Source of the DNA: a bacterium | GTDB taxonomy: Bacteria; UBA8248 | Reading direction: 5' to 3' | Length of the DNA stretch: 64,000 nt | Assembly (NCBI GenBank): GCA_965213685.1 | Contig: CBDBZY010000003.1 | Coordinates: forward strand, 1 to 64,000 | In this document: piece after piece, positions 9,018-19,664 of the stretch | How the letters are laid out: every line of letters begins with the position of its first letter | Position numbering within the stretch: position 1 is the first letter of the stretch | Notes under the pieces: generated by a model | Told to the model about the DNA's origin: nothing | Seen by the model: the letters and a program-made list of their open reading frames with translations, nothing else | The model's database searches: none | Translations under genes and position numbers: made by a program

Positions 9018-10689
9018 GCGCGCCCTTTCGCGGCTTGGGGATGGCGTCGACATCCATCTCGAGAAGGTGCAGCGTCTCCGCGCGCTCGCAGCCCTCCAGA
9101 GGCAGGGCGTCGAGTGCCCGGAGGGAGGAGAGGACGCTCTCCACGCCGCCCGCAAGACGGTCGAGCCGCTCCGGTGCCGCCGCGTACCCCATGGTTTTCG
9201 CCAGAAAGGAAACGCCCCGCGCGGCCTCCGGGTCCGATGGGGCGAAGGAGGGCGGTGCGGCGGGCGCCTCCTCGGGAGGGGACTGCCCGCGAATTTCGGG
9301 CGGCCTCGTTTTCCAGAGCGGGTGCTCGGCTTCCAGTGCCCTGCCTATCCGGAAGAGGCGGGCCTCATCCCCCCACCGGCCCGAAATCTGGAGGCCGACC
9401 GGCAGGCGCGTTTTCGTGAATCCGCAGGGAACCTGCAGGGAGGGGTTGCCGATGGTGCTGAACGCGGCCGTGTTGTCGCTCACGGCCGCCCACATCTTCA
9501 TGCCGTCCAGGCAATCCGCGATGGTGGGCGGGGCGACGGCGGCGGTGGGCGTCAGCACGGCGTCCACGCGCCGGAACACCTCCGCCGCCTGCCGGATGAA
9601 GAACGTCCGCGCCTTTTGGGCCTGCACATACCGCCAGCCCGGAACGAAGAGGCCGTGTTCGAAGAAATCCGCCCCGGGGGATGTGTATTCGTCCCGATGG
9701 TTTTCGAGATGCCTCCGGTGGTATTCTGCGCTCTCCGGACCCACAATCGCGGCGTAGGCGACCTGGCCGAGTCGCGCCCAGGGAATCTCGACCTCCACGA
9801 GGCGCGCGCCCATCTTTTCATACCGGGCGATGGCTTCGCGGACGATCCGTTCGACTTCCGGCTCCGCGCCCGGCCAGAAGTGGTTCGTCGGCACCCCGAG
9901 CGTCATGCCGCGCACGCCCCCGTTCACGCTCTCCAGAAAATCCGGCGCGCGCCGGCTTCCGGTCGTCGGGTCGGCGGGGTCCGGGCCGGCGATGGCCTGG
10001 AGGAGGAGGGCGGCGTCCTCCACCGTTCGCGCGAGGGGTCCCACGTTGTCGAAGCTCAGCCCCAGCGGCACGGCGCCCGCCCGGCTCACGCGGCCGTATG
10101 TGGAGCGAATGCCCACCAGGTTGCAGAAGGCGGCGGGCAGGCGCACCGAGCCGCCGGTGTCGGAGCCCAGCGCAGCGGCCGCCATCCCCGCCGCCACGGC
10201 GGCGGCCGACCCGCTGCTGCTCCCGCCCGGCGTGCGGGCGAGGTCCCAGGGGTTGCGCGCGGGCCCGAAGGCGCTGTTCGCTCCGGTGCCGCCGCGCGCG
10301 AACTCCTGCAAATTCGTTTTTCCGATGATGACGGCGTCAGCCCGGATGAGCCGACGCACGGACTCCGCCGTCTCGTCCGCCACGTTCCCTCGCAGAATCC
10401 GGCTGCCCGCCGTGGTCGCGTGGCCCTCCAGGTCGAACAGGTCCTTGACGGCGATGGGCGCCCCGCCGAGCGGGCCCAGGCGCTCGCCCCTTGCGAGTCG
10501 CTCGTCGAGCGCCTGCGCCTGCTCCCTGGCGAGCGCGAAGGTGGGCGCCGTGAAGGCGTTGACGAGGGGGTCCGCGGCCTCGATTCTGGCGATGTGGGCC
10601 TCGAGTACCTCGCTCGGCCTGGTTTCGCCGGCCCGGATGAGGGCGGCCAGCTCCGTGATGGCGCGGTGCCTCAGTGCGGCGGGGTTCAT
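8992..10689 (-). CDS. Amidase-signature family protein with a C-terminal GatC/AtzG-like extension
   Basis: AVKDLFD, GKTNLQEFA, PGGSSSGSAAAVAAG, GSDTGGSVRLPA; about 90 extra C-terminal residues after a Pro-rich linker. Confidence 0.9.
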   Translation of the reverse strand: MNPAALRHRAITELAALIRAGETRPSEVLEAHIARIEAADPLVNAFTAPTFALAREQAQALDERLARGERLGPLGGAPIAVKDLFDLEGHATTAGSRILRGNVADETAESVRRLIRADAVIIGKTNLQEFARGGTGANSAFGPARNPWDLARTPGGSSSGSAAAVAAGMAAAALGSDTGGSVRLPAAFCNLVGIRSTYGRVSRAGAVPLGLSFDNVGPLARTVEDAALLLQAIAGPDPADPTTGSRRAPDFLESVNGGVRGMTLGVPTNHFWPGAEPEVERIVREAIARYEKMGARLVEVEIPWARLGQVAYAAIVGPESAEYHRRHLENHRDEYTSPGADFFEHGLFVPGWRYVQAQKARTFFIRQAAEVFRRVDAVLTPTAAVAPPTIADCLDGMKMWAAVSDNTAAFSTIGNPSLQVPCGFTKTRLPVGLQISGRWGDEARLFRIGRALEAEHPLWKTRPPEIRGQSPPEEAPAAPPSFAPSDPEAARGVSFLAKTMGYAAAPERLDRLAGGVESVLSSLRALDALPLEGCERAETLHLLEMDVDAIPKPRKGAPSPASGAP

Positions 10690-10815
10690 GCGCGGCCTCC
10701 AGAGAGAGGGGGTCGTTGGATTCGGGCGACGGGCTTGCGCGGCTTGGCAAGCGCGCCCGTCAAGGATACAAAATACATCGCCCCGACGCGAGAGAGAAAG
10801 AAGGAGAACGCCTCC

Positions 10816-11721
10816 ATGAAAATGTACCGCACCATTCTTTTCGCCCCCGGGAACAGGGAGAGAATGCTCGCGAAGGTGGGCAAGGCGGGGGCCGACGCCG
10901 TCGTGCTGGACCTCGAGGATGCGGTGCCCGCCGGCGAGAAGGCGGCCACGCGCGCCGGGCTGGGCGCTGCGGTCCGGAGCATCTCCGGGGAAGACGGGGC
11001 GGACGTCTTCGTCCGCGTGAATCCGCTCGATGACGCGACGGGCTTCTCGGTCGCCTGCGGGGCGGAGGACATCGCGGCCGTCGTGGCGCCCGCCCTGTGC
11101 GGGATCGTCCTGCCCAAGGCGGAGAACCCCGGCCAGATACTGGCGGCCGACCGCCTGATTCGCGACGCGGAGAGAGGGGCGGGCCGCCCGGCGGGGAGCG
11201 TCCGTCTGCTCGCCATCCTGGAGAGTGCGCGGGGGGTGGAGAGCGCCTTCTCCATCGCCCGTGCCGATGCGGGGGAGCGGCGCTTTGGTCTCGCCTTCGG
11301 GGCGGGGGATTACACCAACGATCTGGACATCGGGTGGCCGCGCGATGAGTTCGCGTTCGATTATCCGCGCTCGCGGATCGCCGTGGCCTCCCGCTCCGCG
11401 GGCCTGGAGAAGCCGCTCGATACGGTGTGGATAGCCCTGGACGATCAGGAGGGTCTCGCGGCCAGTGCCGAGCGGTGCCGCGCACTCGGCATGTTCGGCA
11501 AATTCTGCATCCACCCCAAGCAGGTGGAAATCGTGAACCGCGCCTTCACGCCAACGGGAGAGGAGGTGGAGAAGGCGCGCGAGGTGGTCTCAGCGTTCGC
11601 GGAGGCGACGGCGCGCGGTGCGGCGAGCGTCTCCGTCGGCGGGCGGATGGTCGACTATCCCGTGGTCGAGGCGGCGGAGAAAACCATCGCCCTGTTTGAT
11701 AGTTTCGGCACGAGGGACTAG
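10816..11721 (+). CDS. CitE-like CoA ester lyase (HpcH/HpaI aldolase/citrate lyase family)
   Basis: RTILFAPGN, DAVVLDLEDAVP, LPKAE, FGAGDY, GKFCIHPKQV, GRMVDYPV. Confidence 0.92.
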   Translation: MKMYRTILFAPGNRERMLAKVGKAGADAVVLDLEDAVPAGEKAATRAGLGAAVRSISGEDGADVFVRVNPLDDATGFSVACGAEDIAAVVAPALCGIVLPKAENPGQILAADRLIRDAERGAGRPAGSVRLLAILESARGVESAFSIARADAGERRFGLAFGAGDYTNDLDIGWPRDEFAFDYPRSRIAVASRSAGLEKPLDTVWIALDDQEGLAASAERCRALGMFGKFCIHPKQVEIVNRAFTPTGEEVEKAREVVSAFAEATARGAASVSVGGRMVDYPVVEAAEKTIALFDSFGTRD

Positions 11722-11801
11722 CCGCCCGCGCGGGGGTGCCGGGAAAGCCCGCGCGCCCGGGCGGCGGATGAGAAACCAGGGAAAATATACGCGGGGGCGA
11801 T

Positions 11802-12806
11802 ATGAAATTCGGCATGTTCGTCATGAACCAGCACGCCCTGGGGGATGACCCCGCCGCGCGATGGGCGGAGCACCTGGAGCAGGTGCGGCTCATCCGGGAC
11901 ATGGGCTTTCACAGCGTGTGGTGCGGCCAGCACTATCTGACAGAGGGCGTGTGGATGATGCAGACCTGGCCAAGCGTCGCCCAGGTGGCGGCCCACGCGG
12001 GCGGGATGACCGTCGGCACAGGCATATTGCTCCTGGCACTCCACAACCCGGTGGACGTGGCCGAGCAGGTGGCCACGCTCGACGCCATGACGAACGGCCG
12101 GTTCGTGCTCGGCGTGGGGCTGGGCTACCGGGAGCCGGAGTATCGCGCGTTCGGCCTCCCCAAGGCCCATCGCGTCCGGGCGTTTGAGGAGAAGCTCGAC
12201 GCCCTCGCCCGGCTGCTCGAGGGCGAAACGCTGCGCTATGCGGGCGAAGTGGTGCGGCTGGACGACGTCCGGCTCACCATGCGCCCCATCCAGCGGCCCA
12301 GGCCGCCCATCTGGATAGCGGCGAATGGCGACGGCGCCGTGCGGCGCGCGGCCCGGATGGGAGAGGCGTGGTTCCTGAACCCCCACGCGCGGTTCGACAC
12401 CCTGAAGCGCCAGATGGAGATGTTCCGCGCCGAGCGCGCGGCCGCCGGCAAGGGCGCGCCCGAGGCGACGCCGGTGATCAAGGAGATGTTCATCGGCGCG
12501 GACCGCGAGAGCGCGTTTCGCGAATGCGCGGACTATCTGGCGGTGAAATACGACGCCTACGTGAAGTGGGGCCAGAGCGAGGCGCTGCCCCGGTCGGATA
12601 CGCTCCGGATGCCGCTCGACGCGCTGCGCTCCGACAGGTTTCTGATCGGCTCGGCCGAGGACGTGGCGGAGGACATCAGGCGCCACCGCGACGAGCTGGG
12701 CGTGGATCACATGGCCTTTCGCGTCCAGTGGCCGGGGATGCCGCAGAACCTCGTCCTGCGAACGCTCGAGCGTTTCGCCAGGCAGGTGATGCCCGAGTTC
12801 GTCTAG
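11802..12806 (+). CDS. LLM-class (luciferase-like) oxidoreductase, flavin- or F420-dependent
   Basis: GFHSVWCGQHY, HNPVDVAEQVATLD, GRFVLGVGLGYR, PIQRPRPPIWIA, AVRRAAR. Confidence 0.9.
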   Translation: MKFGMFVMNQHALGDDPAARWAEHLEQVRLIRDMGFHSVWCGQHYLTEGVWMMQTWPSVAQVAAHAGGMTVGTGILLLALHNPVDVAEQVATLDAMTNGRFVLGVGLGYREPEYRAFGLPKAHRVRAFEEKLDALARLLEGETLRYAGEVVRLDDVRLTMRPIQRPRPPIWIAANGDGAVRRAARMGEAWFLNPHARFDTLKRQMEMFRAERAAAGKGAPEATPVIKEMFIGADRESAFRECADYLAVKYDAYVKWGQSEALPRSDTLRMPLDALRSDRFLIGSAEDVAEDIRRHRDELGVDHMAFRVQWPGMPQNLVLRTLERFARQVMPEFV

Positions 12807-12899
12807 TTATCCCAACGTTCGGGGCGAGGCGAATCGCCTCATCGCATCGCCCGCCACAACCCGGAATCCATCTCCGGGCGGGCATCGCCCGGGTCCTGT

Positions 12900-14069
12900 T
12901 CAGGATTCCGATAATTCCTCGAGCACGTCCCGGAGGGCGGCCTTTTCCTCCAGGCCGATGCCCGGTGCGTCCGGAAAGCCGACGCGGCCCTCCTCCACCG
13001 CCACGCCATCGGCGAAGCCATTGAACGGCTCGAACACGTCGGGGTAGGATTCGTTGCCCCCGAGACCCAGCCCGGCGGCTGCGTGCAGCGCCATCTGGTG
13101 CCCCCCGTGGGGGATGCACGCCCGGGCCGACCAGCCGTGTGCCTCCAGCATGTCCAGCGTTCTCAGGTATTCCACCAGGCCGTAGCCCAGGGCGGGGTCG
13201 AACTGCAGGATGTCGGCGGAGGGCCGCATCCCCCCGTATCGAATCAGATTTCGTGCATCCTGGGTGGAGAAGAGGTTCTCTCCCGTCGCCAAGGCGTTTT
13301 CGTAGCGTTGGGCGAGTGCGGCCTGGAGGGCGTAGTCGAGCGGGTCGCCCGCTTCCTCATACCAGCGCAGGTTGTAGGGCCGGAGCGCCTCGCCGTAAGC
13401 GATGGCGGTTTCCGGGTCGAACTTCCCGTTGGCGTCCACCGCCAGGTTTCGCCCGTCGCCCACGACCTCCAGCACCGCCTCGATTCTGCGGATGTCATCG
13501 TCGAGGGATGCGCCGCCTATCTTCATCTTGACGGTGGTGTATCCGCGGTCCAGATAGCCTCGCATCTCGGCCTGAAGCGCCCGGATTCCCTTTCCCGGGT
13601 AGTAGTAGCCCCCGGCGGCATAGACGAATACCTTCTCATCATAACGCCCGTCGCGATAGGTGTCCGCCAGATGGCGATAGAGCGGCTTCCCCTCGATCTT
13701 GGCCACCATGTCCCATGCCGCCATGTCGATGACGCCCACGGCGACGGAGCGGTCGCCATGCCCGCCGGGTTTTTCGTTTCGCATGAGGCAGTCCCAGATC
13801 CGCGCGGGGGCGAAGTTCGTCCCCTCCTCGTTGCGCAGCGCGCCGGGGGCGGCCTCGCGGAGCCTGGGGATGAAGCGCTCGCGCAAAAGTCCCTGCTGGG
13901 CGTAGCGGCCGTTGGAGTTGAAGCCGAAGCCGACGACGCGCCTGCCGTCGCGCGTCACGTCCGTGATGAGGGCGACCACGCTCACCGTCATCGCGGAGAA
14001 ATCGATGAAGGCGTTCCGGATGTTCGACTGGATGGGCACCACCGTGTCGCGAATCTCGACGATCCTCAC
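12900..14069 (-). CDS. tarD: Mandelate racemase/enolase superfamily, D(-)-tartrate dehydratase-like
   Basis: IRNAFIDFSAMT, GFGFNSNGRY, NEKPGGHGDRSVAVG, VYAAGGYYYPGK, KMKIGG, PHGGHQM, GNESYP are characteristic of the TarD subgroup. GTG start inferred from a GGGAG RBS. Confidence 0.82.
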   Translation of the reverse strand: MRIVEIRDTVVPIQSNIRNAFIDFSAMTVSVVALITDVTRDGRRVVGFGFNSNGRYAQQGLLRERFIPRLREAAPGALRNEEGTNFAPARIWDCLMRNEKPGGHGDRSVAVGVIDMAAWDMVAKIEGKPLYRHLADTYRDGRYDEKVFVYAAGGYYYPGKGIRALQAEMRGYLDRGYTTVKMKIGGASLDDDIRRIEAVLEVVGDGRNLAVDANGKFDPETAIAYGEALRPYNLRWYEEAGDPLDYALQAALAQRYENALATGENLFSTQDARNLIRYGGMRPSADILQFDPALGYGLVEYLRTLDMLEAHGWSARACIPHGGHQMALHAAAGLGLGGNESYPDVFEPFNGFADGVAVEEGRVGFPDAPGIGLEEKAALRDVLEELSES

Positions 14070-14288
14070 GGAGCCCACTCCCGTTTTTAGGGGGGATGAC
14101 TTGTCAGCTGTCAGCGCGGGAATTCTACAGCGCATCGGCGGGAAAGGCGAAGCCGGGGACGGCGGATGCGCGGTGCGCGAAAAAACCCTATATTCCCGAA
14201 AAATTCCCGGCCTTCCCCCCTTCGGGGAGACGGGGGAGGGGGTGAGTGAGTCTTTTCGGGCGGTTTCGCCCATGAGAGCGGAGAGCGG

Positions 14289-16446
14289 ATGAGCCGGCCG
14301 GAAGGGCGCCTCGGCGCCGACCTATGCGAGGGGGGCGCGCGGTTTTCGCTGTTCTCGGAGAACGCGGAGGCCATCGCGCTTTGCCTGTTCGACGCGGAGG
14401 ACCCCCGCAGGGAGACGGCGCGGATTCCCCTCGCGCGGGACGCCGGCGCCATCTGGCGCGCCTGGGTGCCGGGCCTGGAGGCGGGGCAGCTCTATGGCTT
14501 CCGCGCGCATGGCGCCTATGCGCCCGGGCGGGGCCACCGCTTCAACCCCCACAAGGTGCTGCTCGATCCGTATGCGAGGGCGATAGCCGGCGGCGTTCGC
14601 TGGTGCGGGGAGATGTACGCCCACAGGGGCGATGACGTTTGCGCGGCGGATGAGCGGGACAACGCCCACGCGACGCCGAGGAGCGTGCTCGTGGACGCTT
14701 CTTTCGACTGGGGCGACGGCACCCGGTGCCCCCGCACCCCCTGGCGGGAAACCATCCTCTATGAGCTGCACGTCAAGGGCTTCACCATGCGGCATCCCGA
14801 CGTGCCGGAAAATCTCCGGGGCACGTATGCGGGACTGGCGAGCCCGGCCGTGTTGGAACACCTGAAAAGCTTGGGCGTCACGGCGGTGGAGCTTCTGCCC
14901 GTTCATCACCGGATTTCCGATCACCGCCTCCACGAGCTGGGGCTTTCCAACTATTGGGGGTACGGGTCGATAGGCTTCTTCGCACCCGACGCGCGGTTCT
15001 CCAGCCGCGGCGACCGCGGCGGGCAGGTGCGCGAGTTCTGCGAGATGGTGAGGGCGTATCACCGGGCGGGGATCGAGGTGATTCTGGACGTGGTCTACAA
15101 CCACACGGCGGAAGGCGGTTCCGATGGGCCGCACCTCTCGTTTCGCGGACTCGACAACGAGGTCTATTACCGCGCGGACCCTGAGGACAAAACGCGCTAT
15201 ATCGACGCCACCGGCTGCGGAAACTCGCTCAACGTCGCGCACCCCGCCGTCCTGTGCCTGGTGGTGGACAGCCTGCGCCATTGGGCGGAGGAGTTCCGGA
15301 TAGACGGCTTCCGGTTCGATCTCGCCCCCTCCCTCGCCAGGGACGCGGGCGGCTTCGACCCGGAATCCCCGTTTTTCCGGGCGATTGCGGACGACCCGGT
15401 TCTCTCGGGGCGCAAGCTCATCGCAGAGCCCTGGGATATGGGCGCGGACGGCTATCAGCTGGGGAATTTCCCTCGGGGCTGGGCGGAGTGGAACGGGAGG
15501 TTCCGGGATGCGGCCCGCCGGTTCTGGCGCGCGGCGCCGGGGCAGGCGGCGGAGTTCGCCACCCGTCTGGCGGGAAGCGCCGATATTTTCGAGGCCGGCG
15601 GACGTCCCCCCCAGGCCAGCGTCAACTTTCTGGCCTGCCATGACGGATTCACGCTCGAGGACCTGGTGAGTTATCAGGAGAAGCGCAACCACGCGAACCG
15701 GGAGGACAACCGCGACGGCGCCGACGCGAACGACAGCTGGAACGGCGGGGCGGAGGGGCCGACGGACGACCCCGGAATATCCCGCCTGCGCGCGCGGCGG
15801 AAGCGGAGCCTGCTCGCGAGCCTGTTTCTCTCCCAGGGGGTGCCGATGCTCCAGGCCGGAGACGAGTTCGGCCGCACGCAAGCGGGGAACAACAACGCCT
15901 ATTGCCAGGACAACGAGACCTCCTGGGTGGATTGGGGGTTGGCGGAGAAGAACGGGGAGCTGCTCCGTTTCGTGAGGCGGCTCATCGGCTGGACGAAGGC
16001 GCGGCCGGCGTTCCGGCGGACGCGGTTTTTCTCAGGCAGGGGCCCCCGACGCGGCGGCGAAACCTGATATCGTCTGGCTGCACCGCCTGGGCCACGAGAT
16101 GGAGGCGCACGAGTGGGGCGCACACGAGATGAAGTGCTTCGGCTTCCAGCTATGGGCACCGGAGAAGGGGCGCGCCTCCTCCGCGCGTCATCCGCTGTGC
16201 CGCGACTCCTGGCTCGTTCTGATGAACGCCGGCCATGAGGCGGTGCCCTTCGCCCTCCCCGAGGAGAACGGCGAGGAGGGGTGGCTCGTGGTGATGGATA
16301 CCTCCGCATGCCCCGAAGCGGGCTGGAACGGACGCGCGCGCGCGCGCGGCTCCTACCTCCTCGGGCCGCACTCCCTGTCCCTGCTGGGCGCACCCGACGC
16401 CGAGACGCGCGGGGTGCGGCGGGAGGAGGCGGCCCCATGCGCGTGA
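14289..16446 (+). CDS. glgX: Glycogen debranching enzyme, frameshift at ~16060
   Basis: [63 protein letters not shown]; the C-terminus (PDIVWL...) continues in another frame. Confidence 0.92.
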
Positions 16447-18355
16447 TCCACTACCCCGCCCTTTCCCGTCTCACCGATTACGACCTCCACCTCTTCAACC
16501 AGGGCTCCCATTTCGCCCTGTACGAAAAGATGGGCGCGCACCCCATGCGGGTGGACGGGGAGGACGGCGTCCACTTCGCCGTGTGGGCGCCCAACGCGAA
16601 GAGCGTGGGCGTCATCGGGGATTTCAACGGGTGGGAGGAGGGACGCCACCCGCTGGCGCCGGTGGAGAACTCGGGGATATGGGCGGGCTTCGTGCCGGGC
16701 GTGGGGGAGGGGGGAGATATACAAATATCGCGTCCACTCGGGGGGTGAGCGACTATCGGGCCGACAAGGCGGACCCGTTCGCCTTCTACAGCGAGGTCTC
16801 CCCCAGAACCGGCTCCATCGTCCGGGGCCTGGATTACGAATGGGGGGACGCGCGATGGATGGAATGCCGGGGCGCGTGCAATGGCCGCGAGGCGCCCGTC
16901 TCCATCTACGAGATGCACATCGGCTCGTGGCGGCGGGTGCACCATGAGGGAAACCGCTCCCTCACCTACAGGGAGCTGGCCCCCGAGCTCGCCGCGCACA
17001 TGCTCGATATGGGCTTCACCCACGTCGAGTTCCTGCCGGTGATGGAGCATCCCTTCACCGGCTCCTGGGGGTACCAGGTCACGGGCTACTTCTCCCCCAC
17101 GAGCCGCTACGGCACCCCGCAGGATTTGATGTATCTGATCGACTATCTCCACCAGCGCGGCCTCGGCGTGATACTCGACTGGGTGCCCTCGCATTTTCCC
17201 GCCGATGAACATGGGCTGGGCTATTTCGACGGGACCCACCTCTACGAGCACGCGGACCCCAGGCGCGGGCACCACCCCGACTGGCACAGCTGCATCTTCA
17301 ACTACGGGCGCAACGAGGTGGCCGCCTTCCTGATAAGCAACGCCCTCTACTGGTTCGATCGCTTCCACATCGACGGGCTGCGCGTGGACGCCGTGGCCTC
17401 CATGCTCTATCTCGACTATTCCCGAAAGGAGGGCGAGTGGCTACCGAACCGGGAGGGGGGGCGCGAGAACCTCGAGGCCATCTCCTTCCTGAGACGCCTG
17501 AACGCCGAGGTCTATCGCCGGTTTCCCGACGTGCAGACCATCGCGGAGGAGTCCACCTCCTGGCCGATGGTCTCCCGCCCCGTGGAGGCGGGCGGGCTGG
17601 GTTTCGGCATGAAGTGGGACATGGGCTGGATGCACGATTCGCTCGAATACATGAAAAAGGACCCGGTGCACCGCAAATACCACCACAACCTGCTCACCTT
17701 CCGGATGCTCTACGCCTACAACGAGAACTTCGTGCTGCCGCTCTCCCATGACGAGGTGGTGCACGGCAAGCGCTCCCTGCTCGGGAAGATGCCGGGCGAC
17801 AACTGGCGGAAATTCTCGAACCTGCGCGCCCTCTACGGGCTGATGTTCGCCCAGCCCGGAAAGAAGCTCCTGTTCATGGGCGGGGAGTTCGGCCAATGGA
17901 GGGAGTGGGACCACGACGGCGCACTGGACTGGCGTCTCGCCAGCGATCCCCTGCGGGCGGGGCTGATGCGGTGGGTGCGCGACCTCAACGCGCTGTATCG
18001 CCGGGAGCGCGCCCTGTTCCGAAGGGATTACGACGCGCGCGGCTTCACCTGGGTGGATGCGGACGCCGCACGGGAGAGCGTTCTGGGCTTCCTGCGGATC
18101 GCCACGGAGGATGAGCCCGCCCTCCTCGTGGCGGCCAACCTCACTCCCGTGCCCCGGACGCGCTACCGGATGGGCGTTCCCGCCGACGGGGAGTGGGTCG
18201 AGGCGTTGAACAGCGACGCGAAGATCTACGGCGGCAGCGGCATGGGCAACCCCGGCGGCTGCCGCGCGGAGGACGTCCCCTGTAACGGCCAGCCGCATTC
18301 GGTCGCGCTGACGCTACCGCCGCTCTCGGTGACGTATCTGCGGGAGGCGCGCTAG
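16437..18355 (+). CDS. glgB: 1,4-alpha-glucan branching enzyme, two indels in G-runs at ~16703-16745
   Basis: [20 protein letters not shown] (in an intermediate frame), [51 protein letters not shown]. Confidence 0.93.
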
Positions 18356-18465
18356 GGGTTTCCGGCGCTTCGGTCCGGCGCGGCTCCGCCCGTTCCCTGG
18401 CCTCTCTGTCTCAGTCGGCGGGATTTCCGGCGGGTTTCTGGCGCCTCGGCCCGGCGGCGAGCAGG

Positions 18466-19092
18466 CTAGTAAAGGTGCGTCTCGTATCTCTCCCGGATGC
18501 CCTCGTCGAGTTCGTCCGCGTCGTAGCCGCCAATCTGATCCGCGAGCATCCGCCCCATCGAGGGGAACGACTTTCTGTCGATGTGCCTCTCCGCGTCCCA
18601 GAGGCTCGCGCGGAGGACGGCCTTTCCGCAATGGAGGTACACCTCGTCCACGTCGAGGATCATGCCGGAGAGGGGGGGCTTGCCCTTCACCGAGAGCGGC
18701 TCGAGGAGCGCGGGGTCGGTGGTGATGCGCGCCCGCCCGTTCACGCGCAGCGTCTCGCACATGCCGGGCACCAGAAAGAGCAGGCCGACGCGGGGGTTCT
18801 CCACGACGTTGCCCATCGTGTCCACGCGGTTGTTGCCCGGCCGGTCCGGGATGAGGAGCGTGCGCTCGTCGAGCACCTTCACGAACCCGGGCGGGTCCCC
18901 CTTGGGGGAGGCGTCCGCGCCGTTCGCCGTGGCCGAGGCGATGACCATGAACGGCGAGAGGGCGATGAAGTCTCTGGCGTGTGCGTCGAGCTGCGCCATC
19001 TGCTTTTTGGCTCCGCGCTCGCTGGGCGCGCCGTAGTACGCGCGGAGTGCCTCTCGGGATTCTATCCTGGTTTCCGCCTCTGTCCGGTTCAT
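18466..19092 (-). CDS. Pyridoxamine 5'-phosphate oxidase-family FMN-binding protein (MSMEG_1061-like)
   Basis: DASPKGDPPGFV, IPDRPGNNRVD, VGLLFLVPG, ETLRVNGRA, YLHCGKAVLRASLW. Confidence 0.88.
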   Translation of the reverse strand: MNRTEAETRIESREALRAYYGAPSERGAKKQMAQLDAHARDFIALSPFMVIASATANGADASPKGDPPGFVKVLDERTLLIPDRPGNNRVDTMGNVVENPRVGLLFLVPGMCETLRVNGRARITTDPALLEPLSVKGKPPLSGMILDVDEVYLHCGKAVLRASLWDAERHIDRKSFPSMGRMLADQIGGYDADELDEGIRERYETHLY

Positions 19093-19348
19093 GCCCGCCT
19101 CCCTTCGCATGGTGGATGATGACGCCATACTACCCGTTTTCGCGCGGCTTGCAAGGCGCGCGCGTCGGCTCCATCCTCCCCTGCGCCCCGTCCGGTGCGT
19201 CCGGGGGGGAGGGCGCTTTCCCATGGGCTTTTCCCGTGGAGGGGCTCCTAAAGGCGCCGGAACCGGCGATGTGCGGCGGGAGCATACGGTTCGCGCCGGG
19301 CAACCTCGCGCGGAGGGGCCCCGAGGGACCCGGAGGGACGGCTTCGGC

Positions 19349-19423
19349 TGGAGGCGCCACCCGGATTCGAACCGGGGAATAAAGGATTTGCAGTCCTCTG
19401 CCTTACCACTTGGCTATGGCGCC
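19349..19423 (-). tRNA. tRNA-Cys (GCA)
   Basis: Reverse complement GGCGCCATAGCCAAGTGGTAAGGCAGAGGACTGCAAATCCTTTATTCCCCGGTTCGAATCCGGGTGGCGCCTCCA: acceptor stem, D-loop TGGTAA, anticodon GCA, GTTCGAATC T-loop, encoded CCA. Confidence 0.97.
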
Positions 19424-19664
19424 GGGGCGTTTCGCGCGGAAACGACGCATCCTTCTTATCCTACCTGAACGGACGCTGTCCAGCCAAGGCGCGCGCGCCT
19501 CCTCGGTTTCGTCCGCCTCGCGCGATAGGCGGGGGAGGCGCTTTTGGATTAGACTGCCCCTCCGCCGCCGCTTGGCGACGACGGCGGACGTCCGGCTGCG
19601 CGGGGCAGGGCGCCTCCCCTGCCGCAACGCCATCGCATCGTTCGCCGGGAGGGGAGCCTGGCTC

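Noticed and set aside
6868-18355. aroE, glgX and glgB as pseudogenes or programmed frameshifts
   Set aside because: The breaks are 1-nt indels in short homopolymers with all motifs intact; sequencing error is more parsimonious.
18466-19092. PNPOx-family protein as an F420-dependent FDOR
   Set aside because: Its motifs fit the FMN-binding MSMEG_1061-like subgroup; the cofactor cannot be assigned from sequence alone.
19349-19423. tRNA-Cys as an island integration site
   Set aside because: No integrase and no duplicated tRNA 3' end were seen; the flanks are ordinary metabolic genes.
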